Position numbers and translations under genes: made by a program. From NCBI GenBank assembly GCA_964016885.1, contig OZ024743.1:51212001-51276000 (forward strand): 64,000 nt of DNA. Direction: 5' to 3'. Of the stretch, positions 53,311-63,279 are shown one piece after another (within the stretch, counting starts at the first letter, position 1; each line of letters begins with the position of its first letter). The notes under the pieces are model-generated. The model was not told the origin of the DNA. It searched no databases and saw nothing but the letters and a program-made list of their open reading frames with translations. This DNA comes from Eledone cirrhosa. Taxonomy: Eukaryota.

Positions 53311-53890
53311 GTACCAGGGTTGATATGATTGACTAATCCCTCCAAAGAGGTGCCCCACCACAGCTCCACTCTAATGACTGAAGCAAATAGAAGAATAAAG
53401 AATATCTTTGATGCCCAACTTTGCAACTCTACACTTGTCCTCTCTTGTTAATCTGACGTACACCCACCTCAATCATCTTTAGTGGTTGTGAGATTTTTAT
53501 ATACAGTGGTCTAACCCATGCTAGCGTGGAAGATGGACGTTAAACGAAGATGATGATGATGATGATGAAGACGCACAGCCTAGGTGTTAGGATGTTGGTC
53601 TCACAGCTGTGTAGTACAATCTCCAAATCAGACAGCATGCTGTGTTCTTGTGCAATGTAATTCGTTTTTTGTTGCTCCAGTCTACTCAGCTAAAAACAAT
53701 GAATACCACCACCACCTGCAAGGAGGAATCTTGTACTTTTAGTTGGTTAAGATTATAGTATCTTAACTAATGGACAAATCATTGAGAAAATTTATAATAT
53801 GATGCAAAGTGTTGTTTTGTATTTTTCAAGAATGTCTTGCTAATATTGTCTTTTCCTCACCATATAATTATTTAATGTTTGAATTTTCAG

Positions 53891-53988
53891 GAGATCGTCT
53901 GAAAGGCAATAGTCAAGACTTGGTAACTGCCATGAATGCTACAGATTCTTTGGCAAAAGGAGATGAAGATGATGCTGACAATGACTGA
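53891..53988 (+). CDS. CCDC12: CCDC12 exon 5 (terminal)
   Basis: ttttcag| (R)DRLKGNSQDLVTAMNATDSLAKGDEDDADND*; exons total 146+77+62+112+98 = 495 nt = 164 aa plus stop. Confidence 0.93.
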
Positions 53989-54032
53989 TGTCTGCTTTCT
54001 GTCCAGGTTCACCTAAGATCTATCAATTGACC

Positions 54033-54038
54033 AATAAA
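54033..54038 (+). terminator. Candidate polyadenylation signal of CCDC12
   Basis: First AATAAA after the stop codon, 45 nt downstream; more distal signals may be used. Confidence 0.4.
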
Positions 54039-54163
54039 TTACAACTTTTCATCTACCAACAAGGAAGTCATTCAAGAAAACAACAAGCTGCATTTATTTG
54101 TAAATGTATTCTGAATAAGATGGGTGGGGTGGGGATTAAAAACCTTTGGATGAATGAGGAGTT

Positions 54164-54340
54164 TTAACCTTTTTGCTACCAAACTACCTATAACTGCCCC
54201 TGCTTTTATGAAACCACCTATTTTAAAGTGTATTTAAATTAAAATCTTCCGACATAATTTTATGTAAGAAACATATATTAAGTTACATCTTGGTAATTAA
54301 ATAATTAATAATTTTAGTAAGTTCCTCAAAATTCTTCATT
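54164..54340. mobile_element. Dispersed repeat / MITE-like remnant
   Basis: Begins ttaacctttttgctacc; shares cataattttatgtaagaa with the region 48180-48410. Confidence 0.45.
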
Positions 54341-55670
54341 AATTACCATATTTCCCAGTGTGAAATGTCATGCACCCCAATGTCATGCACACACCCATTT
54401 TGAGGGGAAAAAAAGATGTTTAGGATTATGACTAACACAACTTTCGGCCTCTAAGATGCTAGATAAATTTTCCATATTCAGTGTAGGGAAAAACAGTAAT
54501 TGAAAGAGTGTGTATTTCATCAAGAATACAGTTAAGACAATGTTTGCAGTCAGAATTAAACCTATAAGCCAAGAATTCATTATGAGGATGATGATGCTGA
54601 TTATTATCTGAATTTGTAAATATTGCTTTCTGGTGGAGACAAGATATAAAACCTGAGATTTCAAGCAGAGGAGAATTGGGAAGTTGTGATGTTTATCCAT
54701 TTTCCGAAAGAGTTGGTGTTGGTGTACAAACAATTCAAACTACAGAATTGTCTTGTTTCTTTAGACACTTTTGTTGATAAAACTCATCATATCACCACAG
54801 TTCATTGCAGGCAACCATAGAATAAAATCAATTTAATCAACTTCTAGTGTATTTTTCAGAAAATTTAATAATATTTTTGATGAATTTAGATTTTTTAAAG
54901 TTGTTTCATGTTTTGGGGGTTTTTTTAATGCCAAAATAAGGAATGTATGAGTGTGACATGGTTCCCTCCTAACACATCGTGAATAGTGACAACCAAGTCA
55001 ACCTATGCTGGCATGGAAAACAGGCATAAAATGATGATGATTGCTTATTTGTTGCATAATAAAATGTTAAAAGTCTGCTTTATTTATTATTGGGCAGTGG
55101 ATCAGCAGTCACGACATTGGACAAAATGTTTTGTGATATTTGTCCCAGCTTTTTATGTTTAAAGATCAAACCCTGTAGATATAACTACAGTGTTTGAATT
55201 AGAAGCCTCCAGTGTTGAAGAATGGACTGTGTAGTGTAAAAACCTTTCCTCTAGCACATTTCAGAGATTTTTATCTCAATTAGAGAGTAGCTACCTCTAT
55301 GATACAGAGGAATATTACTACAACCTCATTATATGTTATACAGAATATACAAAATACCTGAATTGGGCAGTCATGACACGCAGGCAGTTGATGTAATTTA
55401 ATAATAGATATGCTAGAACACAGTACATTTGAAAATTGAAGGTAAATGTAATGTAGATATAACTATCATTTTTAAATTAGAAGCCTTCTCTTTTAAAAGA
55501 AATGTGAAACGTAAACACTTTTAACTATTCCTCCCTAAACAGAAATATATGAGATTATCCATATGCCTGCATTTCAGCAGTTTTTCTACAATTTATGTTA
55601 TAAGTGATCCAGAGACTTTTTTCATTGTTTAAGAAAATATATAAATGTGGTATGTTTATGTCTGTATACT

Positions 55671-55886
55671 CATCATTATCGCCGTTTTACGTCCGTTCTT
55701 CCACACTAGCATGGGTTAGACGGGTTGTCCTGTTGTGGCCAGTGTCCAGTCGGTGGACCTTGTCTTGCTCATACAGGAACTAATTCTGGCTTGATTTCTA
55801 CAGCTGGATGCCCTTCCTAACACCATCCTCATTTACAGTGAGTGCTGGGTGCTTTTTTGCCGTGGCACCTCCACAACCACTTTGCA
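55671..55886 (-). mobile_element. RTE 3' UTR fragment
   Basis: Closely similar to 48682-48885. Confidence 0.8.
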
Positions 55887-56083
55887 GGGGGGGGGGGGGG
55901 GGGGTATTGTCTATATGCTTCAACTTCAGCTTGTTCCTGCTGTCAGCATTGTCAGGGTCCTTTATCCAAGGAGGTAGGGTTCAACTTTGGAGCCTTCAAC
56001 TATTTATTGCACAATTTAATATATACTAACATAAGGACTAATAACATGCAAATTAGTACCTCCATTTCATGGCTTCTACTACA

Positions 56084-56215
56084 CTTAGTGGTTAGTGAAT
56101 TGGGCTTGCAATGGAAAGGTTGTGAGTTCAATTCTCGGACCGCGTGATGTGTTGTTTTCTTGAGCAAGACACTTTATTTCACGTTGCTCCAGTTTACTCA
56201 GCTGTAGAAATGAGA
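56084..56215 (+). mobile_element. tRNA-derived SINE of a second family
   Basis: A-box-like cttagtggttag, B-box-like gagttcaattc, then ttcttgagcaagacactt and gctccagtttactcagctg; related copies at about 51175-51260 and 53570-53700. Confidence 0.7.
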
Positions 56216-56296
56216 TGATAGGACTGGGGTCCCTATCATTAAATTATCCAATACACCTCCAACAAGATATACCTTGGGGGAGGCCAGCTAAACCTG

Positions 56297-56495
56297 CATA
56301 GGTGTGAGTTGTCACACACACACACACACACATAGGTGTGAGCTGTCACACACACAGGTGTGATCTGTCACACTCACATAAGTGTGAGCTGTCACACACA
56401 CACACACAGGTGTGAGCTGTCACACACACACACACACATAGGTGTGAGCTCTCAAACACACACTCAGGTGTGAGCTGTCACATACACACTACACT
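56297..56495. repeat. Minisatellite aggtgtgagctgt(ca)n with variable CA tract
   Basis: Seven copies of a(g/a)gtgtga(g/t)(c/t)t(g/c)tca followed by a CA-rich tract. Confidence 0.9.
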
Positions 56496-56539
56496 TATAA
56501 GGCCTACCAAGTGTACTATTTCTGTACATACATGATCCC

Positions 56540-57815
56540 AACATCCCCGCTATATTTGTGTGCTCCATCACCAATCACTTCAGCGCCCTGGCCAAGGATG
56601 AGACTGATAACTGGAAGACCTTTGAATCAAGCATCACCCAGTCAGTGTGTGACATTCTGGTAAACTCAAGACCTCTTCTGAAACGGCCCTGGATTTCACT
56701 CCAGTTGCTGGATGTAATTAACTCACCTGTGCATCAGCCTGAACGAGCACCACCAGCTCAACCAGCTACACAACAAGGCCATCACATGAGCAGAAGAAGG
56801 CAAGGGCCTGCAGACAGCAGCAAGGAACAACAACCTGAGCCAGGTATTCAACACACTCCACAAAGCCCGGATCAAGACAGGCTTGGTGAAGGATACCAAT
56901 GGCAACTTCATTACCACAGAAAGCACCTGCCTCAAATGCTGGAAGGAGCACTTCAGCCTTCTTTCACATCACCCACCAGTCCCAATTGATCCCTGCCTAG
57001 CCATCACCGCAGATACAGCTGCAGACTCGACCCTGTCACTCCCAATGAAATCAGACCCACCTTGAAGAAGCTCAAAGACCCTGGAATCTGCACTGTCACC
57101 ACGGAGGTGCTGATTGTGAGCAGAGATAACATAATCCAGTGGTTCACCCGTATCATCAACCATGTATGGGTGTCAGAGCAGCTCCCAAATGACTGGTCCC
57201 AGGGCATCATCCGTCCCTTCTGGAAATGGAAGGGCGACAAACTCATCTGCAGCAACTACAGGGGCATCACTCTCCTCTCCATCCCAAGCAAGGTATTCAC
57301 CAAGATCCTCCTCAGCTGTACCCTTCCCGCCTTTGAAGCTGATGTCGCCCACCACAAGCCAGATTCATGCCAAATCCATCTACCACTGACCACATTTCTG
57401 CCCTTTATCTCATTGAAAAATCTTGGGAGTTCCGCCGGGATTGTTGCCTTCGTCAACCTCAAGACAGCTTCCGACACGATCAACCACACATCCCTCTGAA
57501 AAATTCTCAAGCTCATTGGCATGTTTCCCAAGATCACCACCCTGTACCAGCAGCTTTATAGCAGTCCTGAGAGTTGTGTGCGGGTCAACAGGAAGGACGC
57601 CGACTTATTAACAGCAGGGTCAGATAGGGCTGTGTGGCTGCCCTTCAACTGTGTCATCGACTATCTAATAACCAAGGTTTGTGAGTGGGTTTCTGGTATT
57701 GCCTTCAGGAACTACCTTCTTACCCACCTGGTGTACGTGGATTACAGCACCCTATTCAGCAATGTGGTTGATCATCTCAGGAACACACTGACCATATATC
57801 AGGAGGAATCAGCAA
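56540..57815 (+). mobile_element. Degenerate LINE ORF2 (tether plus RT N-terminal half)
   Basis: CWKEHF, QLPNDWSQGIIRPFWKWKGDKLICSNYRGITLLSIPSKVF, AFVNLKTASDTI, decayed YADD (VYVDY). Confidence 0.9.
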
Positions 57816-57819
57816 TAGT

Positions 57820-58451
57820 GATATAGAATAATGAAATTATTGTGGCCAACGTTGGTGGCCTACTCAGCCTAGATGAACTTTGTGTCTCCATCGCCCTCAC
57901 AGTGGGAGCTGACGTCTGCTTGGGTTTGAGGTGCTGATGCAGCAAACTCCTCAACCAGGCCTCCACGGTCTTTCTTGCCGCCTGAATGCCGGCCGCTTTG
58001 CACGTCACACGGAGCTAAACCTCATTCTGAAGAGAGCTTTGGCCCGGGCGAATATCCCCTCAGTCTTGGAACCATCTGGGTTATCCAGAAGTGACGGTCT
58101 TACCCTGTGCCCCTGGTCGAGAGGCAGGTGCTTTGTCTGGGACGTCACTGTTAGTGACTCTTGCTCTTTCCCACATCCTGGATGCTGCAGTTAGGACAAG
58201 AGCCACAGCTTCCACAGCCGAGCGGAGTAAGACCCTAAAATCTGTCGGGCAGCTACATTTTTCAGCCTGTGGCTTTCGAGACGTTTGGGGGAGTCGGGCC
58301 GCTGACTGCGAGGTTCCTTTCCTCACTAACGGCTCACCTAATAGAGGTAACTGGCGAATCTCGTGAGGGTGCTTGGCTGTTTCAACGCATCAGCCTCACC
58401 ATCACCCGAGGCAACGCTGCCAGTGTCTTGGCTTGCCTCAAAAATCATTAG
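57820..58451 (+). mobile_element. 3' end of a restriction-like-endonuclease non-LTR element (CRE-type)
   Basis: GLHGLSC zinc-knuckle end, RHTELNLILKRAL, LEPSGLSRSDG-LTLCPWSRGRCFVWDVTV, AFETFG and FQRISLTITRGNAASV; frameshifted. Confidence 0.8.
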
Positions 58452-58942
58452 AGAGGTTGCCCAGTACTCGCAACGTTGCTGTCTTTTGCTCTGGTGTTGG
58501 CTCCGTTGTTCACCCCTTCCTCTACATATTCTTTAATATTGTAGCATTGAAGGAATATATCTTTCATTGTATCATCCTTTGTAGTGTTATTGAGGCATTT
58601 GCAATGTTATTTATGTATATATTTAAAACATATTTGTTGTTATTCTACTGTAAATTTATTTATATGCTCTGTTTATATTTTCATTTTGAAGGAATTGCAA
58701 ACGATTTGTAATGTTGTTTGTGCAACTATGAAGTATATATTTATGAAATAAAGTATAATATAATAGAATAAATATGGTTTTATAAATATAATTTCCATTT
58801 ATTTTAATATCATTGAATATTATACTCCAGATAACTGTTGAGTGCTCTAAATCAGTTATAAACATTTATATTTGTTGAATTACCAACAAATTGAATATCC
58901 CTTTTGCTTATATATATATTTATATACATATATATATATATA

Positions 58943-59122
58943 TCATCATCATTTTATGTCCACTTTTTCCTGCTTGCAAGGGTGGAGCGGGTCTTATTAA
59001 GCACGGCATCTCTCCATTCGTCACGGTCCTTTGTCATCTCCGTGAGCTTCAGCGATCTGAGGTCTTCCCTCACCACCTCCGCCCACGTTTTTCGTGGTCT
59101 TCCTTCTACTGCCCTACTGGGA
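58943..59122 (-). mobile_element. Short RTE 3' end inserted in a (TA)n microsatellite
   Basis: GRPRKTWAEVVREDL and DRDEWRDAV; (CAT)n tail; TA runs on both sides. Confidence 0.85.
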
Positions 59123-59342
59123 TATATATATATATGCAAACAGGCAAGTAGGATACCAAACACAAATTCGAATGCAGACACACCCAGAAAAACACAAAAC
59201 AATCATTGAATGCCCTATATGTAAATAATTGTTTCTACTTTTGGCACAAGGCCAGCAATTATATTGTATTACTGGTACTTTATGTAAATAATACACTCAG
59301 AAAACAAAGCCAGCCATGAACTAATGTCTATACATGTGTTAT

Positions 59343-59547
59343 ACCAGATAGAAAAATGCGTACAGCAAAAAAAAGTCCAATTCTTTAAAGTTTTATCTTT
59401 GTTTCTTGTCCTATTCTTTTAAAGTTTTATCTTAGTTTCTTGTCCTATTCTTTTAAAGTTTTATTTTAGTTTCTTGTCCTGTATTTTTAAAGGTTTATAT
59501 TCCAACAATATTACTTTTTTTTTGCTGTACGCATTTTTCTATCTGGT
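59343..59547. mobile_element. MITE with about 34-bp terminal inverted repeats and internal 33-34-bp tandem repeats
   Basis: accagatagaaaaatgcgtacagcaaaaaaaagt / actttttttttgctgtacgcatttttctatctggt; attctttaaagttttatctttgtttcttgtcct x3 inside. Confidence 0.85.
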
Positions 59548-59820
59548 CTACTATTTTTTAAGGCAATGCAAGCAACAACTATCTAATAATTAAATGATCA
59601 TAGTGAATTACTGACAAGTGATTGACATTTTAAAGTTCTTTTGAGTATAATTGCAATCTAGTTGAGGCAACTGGCTTAATGACAAAGCTAGTAAATCATG
59701 AATGCATTTGAGATGATTAGTGCATAATAGTGAATTGGTGAAACTTGTGCATTTCAATGATGTTACAACAATAGATGTAAGTTATATAGTAGTAATACTT
59801 TATCATTTTAACTTTTTAGA

Positions 59821-60180
59821 ATGGACAAAAACCCATGCAAAGAAATGACTTTGACTGCAGTGATTCTCTCCAATTTACTTACAAAGCAAAACGTGGTCAA
59901 ATACCTTATCATCTCTGATAAAATGCCCATTGAATCACTGAAAATCGGATGCATGGAATTCCTCATAAAATGCACCTATGAATCGGAAGCCATCACATAT
60001 ATCAATGGATATAGGGAGTTGTTCACACTGGAAGACCATCACTTCATTTGTGACTTCATCAGTTATCTCCACGATTATCTCAGACACCCAATGCCATTGA
60101 TGAGAGGTGATCCAATGTGTGAGGATGTAACTAATCTTATAGAAGTTGTTATCGACCACCTGGCTTTTAGTGACATTTGA
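59821..60180 (+). pseudogene. Orphan ORF/exon resembling a BACK (BTB-associated) domain; functional status unknown
   Basis: LTKQNVVKYLIISDKMPIESLKIGCMEFL fits the BACK pattern L-x-x-x-N-V...L-x-x-x-D...L-K-x-x-C-x-x-F; 119 open codons in AT-rich DNA; acceptor-like tttttag ends at 59819. Confidence 0.45.
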
Positions 60181-60815
60181 CTGATAATGATGTATTTTTA
60201 AAAAGTATGTGTACATTCTTGTTACTATTTTAAGGCAATGCAAGCAACAACTACTTAATAAAATTTAAATTTAAAAATGACCATTGTGCATTACTAGTAT
60301 GATGACATTTTATTAAGTCACAAAATTAGTCAGTCAGCCATAGAACAAGGATCAGGTGGCAAAATCATTGGCAAAAATTTGTGTCAATTTAAGATTTCCA
60401 ACATTGTTCAAATGAATCATATCTGGTTTGAAGTCAGATTTGTCAAATTTTGACCAATTTTCAATGTTGTGAAGACTGGGCAAGTTCAATTTTTGAATCA
60501 TTTCTTTCATGCAGTAATTAAACTTTTCCAAACGTCGTCATTTCTGGATTACCTCCCCTAGCGTCACGCTTACTACTCACTCACTTGAACACAAGATTTA
60601 TCAGCAAACTTTGATTATAAACTTTTTCCCGCTGGACCAAATTTCTAGATTTTTAAGCCAAAAGATGCGTAATGATCTACTGTTCATGCTCATATAAGTT
60701 TTATCTGTTAAATAAAGTAGAGCCGCGCTGTACTGTCGTAAACAGACAATTGCCAACGAAAACATGACCACAACAATATTACTAAACGGACTACCGTCCG
60801 TTTAGGATATATATA

Positions 60816-61600
60816 TCATCATCATCACTTTAACATCTATTTTTCCATACTAGCATGAGTTAGACTAGTTGGTCTGTTGTAAGACAAACCAGGTCAAAAT
60901 CATCTCTTGCTCATACAGAAATGTTTTTGGCTTGGCTTCTATAGCTGAATGTCCTTCCTTATGCCAATCACATTTACATAGTGGACTGGGTGCTTTTTAT
61001 CATGACACCTTACGACCACTTTACAGTGTGGATTGGGGGAGGTTCATGGGGATTGGAGGGGTAGATCTAGGGTGGAGCATTTATCTGGTGAGGGGTGTTA
61101 TGACATTGGAGATGTATAGAAGGGGAGGGAGAGTAGTGCATACTAGATGTATGCTTCAACCCATGCACATGGGAAGCAGGTCTTCTGTATTACTACATAA
61201 CGCCAAGATCACGATATGTACTGGGTGCTTTTTGTATTGACACCTACACAACCACTTTACAGCATGGACTGGGCACTTTTTGTCATGTCACATACATGAC
61301 TACTTTACAATGTGGGCTGGACGCTTTTTGTCATGACACCTACGCAAGACCTACATGACCACTTTACAGTGTGGGCTGGGGACCTCGGGGGAGGTAGATC
61401 TAGGGGCGTTTATATCATTGGCCCTCTTCCTCTTGATTTCTCCTGTGCATCTTCTACATGTAAATTTCACTCTTCCTGTTGGTCTACTCATTATCCTACT
61501 ACATCTTTTGTGTACCCAAGATTTACATTGTGTACATTCTATGGAGTTTATGCCTACTCCTTTTCTATACATAGATTCGATATAATGTGAGATAAAGCCT
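60816..61600 (-). mobile_element. RTE LINE fragment with 3' UTR and (GAT)n tail
   Basis: RKGVGINSIECTQCKSWVHKRCS zinc-finger-like insert typical of this RTE group, joined by deletion to the 3' UTR. Confidence 0.85.
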
Positions 61601-61639
61601 TTTCCATGAAAATATAATAGTAAATATATTTTAGTATAA

Positions 61640-61733
61640 TAATTGTTTCTACTTTTGGCACAAGGCCAGCAATTATCCCAGTGTATTACTGGAACTTTAT
61701 TTTATCGACCCCGTAAGGATGAAAGGCAAAGTT
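61640..61733 (-). mobile_element. SINE 3' half
   Basis: taattgtttctacttttggcacaaggccagcaatt...ggatgaaaggcaaagtt; a shorter copy lies at 59226-59283. Confidence 0.8.
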
Positions 61734-61874
61734 ATATTATAACAAAATACTGGGTTGTATGAATATAACAAGGAGACGTGGTTTGTGTGTATAATATTTA
61801 ATCATCAATTTGTGGATATATAGAACAGTATAGTTGACATGTCAATGAATAGATGAAAGAATGAAGCAAAGTTA

Positions 61875-61912
61875 TTAGTTACCGTTTTGGTTGCCAGGCG
61901 AACGCGCCTGGC
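61875..61912 (-). mobile_element. Candidate Helitron 3' terminus
   Basis: GC-rich 8-bp hairpin gccaggcg/cgcctggc (61893-61912) followed on the minus strand after 14 nt by CTAA then T. Confidence 0.45.
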
Positions 61913-62114
61913 CGAAAAGGCAAATGAGAGAGAGGGAACTGAAAGTTATTCGTTTTATAGGGTTCTGCCGGAAGTGATAAAAAGGGTTCTATGACCCCAA
62001 CGGGAAGCAACTCCAGCTACTTCCTGTCTAGAGATGGTGATGGTGATGTGAGTGTCACAACAAGGGAGGCAACTCCTGCTACAATATATTTTAGAAAATA
62101 TAATAGTAAATATA

Positions 62115-62754
62115 AGTATGTACACGTACATACATACATGCATTATAATAAATGTTCGGTAAATCCATACGTACATATATATATGTGTGCATGTATGTAT
62201 ATATATATATATATATACATACTACTGTACGTCTGTATGCATGTATGTATGTATGTGTACATACTTATATTTAAGTAACAGCCGTACTAAGAGTGGGAAA
62301 TGAAATTTTGTTTCATTTTTTCCGTTTATCGTTTTCCGTGCACCCGGCCGATTAACCCACTCGATATGCAAATTGGGCTACTCAGCCATTAATATACATA
62401 AGGTAAGTATATACGTTAACAATCTGGCAGGAAGGTATACGTTGCTGACGATAGCTAATAAGCTTGAAACTAGTACAGCGTTCCTTTGTCAGTGTTGAAC
62501 AAACGAGCAACGATGGTTGCTAGACACTACGGCTTAATACGGGATGTTTGTTTACAAACACACCGAGCATTATAATAAATGTTCGGTAAATCCATACGTA
62601 CATATATATATATATGTGTGCATGTATGTATATATATATATACATACTACTGTACGTCTGTATGCATGTATGTATGTATGTGTACATACTTATATTTAAG
62701 TAACAGCCGTACTAAGAGTGGGAAATGAAATTTCGTTTCATTTTTTCCGTTTAT
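62115..62754 (+). mobile_element. Non-coding Penelope-like / retrozyme-like element
   Basis: About 190-bp direct repeats (62140-62329, 62567-62754), a hammerhead between them, a 5' inverted segment and flanking tataatagtaaatata. Confidence 0.7.
62426..62490 (+). ncRNA. Minimal type I hammerhead ribozyme
   Basis: Stem I acgttg/cagcgt extended by aagg/cctt and ggca/tgtc; CTGACGA; stem II agct-aata-agct; GAAAC-ta-GTA with palindromic ACTAGT stem III. Confidence 0.8.
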
Positions 62755-62925
62755 AATAGTAAATATATTTTAGTATAATAATATAATTTAGAAAATATAA
62801 TAGTAAATATATTTTAGTATAATAATATATTTTAGAAAATATAATAGTAAATATCTTTTAGTATAATAATAATATATTTTAGTATAATAATAATATATTT
62901 TAGAAAATATAATAGTAAATATAGA
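62752..62925. repeat. AT-rich minisatellite
   Basis: Reiterated tattttagaaaatataatagtaaata / tattttagtataataat; the same motif occurs at 61609-61643 and 62084-62114. Confidence 0.85.
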
Positions 62926-63279
62926 AATGTAAAATAAGTTTTAAACAATCAATAAACAGAAGAAAAGGGGGTAGGATGAGAAGAAGATTTTCTTAGAAAA
63001 TGTTTTCTTTTAATAGTGTTTATGACAATATGTGAGTGACCTAGTTTAAAGGTGGTAGTGACATTTGTATTGGCTGGCTGCTTTAAGATATCTCTTCTAT
63101 TTGATTGAAAATTGAAATGGATGGTGTCATCATCAAAGGTATGGATATTCTACTAGATAAATATCATGGCAGAGCTTCGAATTCACCTCTCCCCCAACAT
63201 TTGTGATTGTTCAATTGAGAAATGTAAGCTCTTCAATTTTCTAGTCTCTCCTTTTCGTAGTTCATTTAGCGAGTGAGGG

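Noticed and set aside
54383-54733. 116-aa minus-strand ORF
   Set aside because: Non-ATG start, low-complexity AT-rich composition, no recognisable domain or splice context.
55887-55904. G homopolymer as G-quadruplex or poly-Gly coding
   Set aside because: Simple homopolymer at a LINE fragment edge; the overlapping ORFs have no recognisable protein features.
56084-56150. tRNA gene
   Set aside because: A/B-box-like motifs are present, but there is no full cloverleaf and the sequence continues into a SINE body.
56558-57611. Cluster of overlapping short ORFs on both strands
   Set aside because: Alternative-frame and antisense readings of a GC-richer degenerate LINE.
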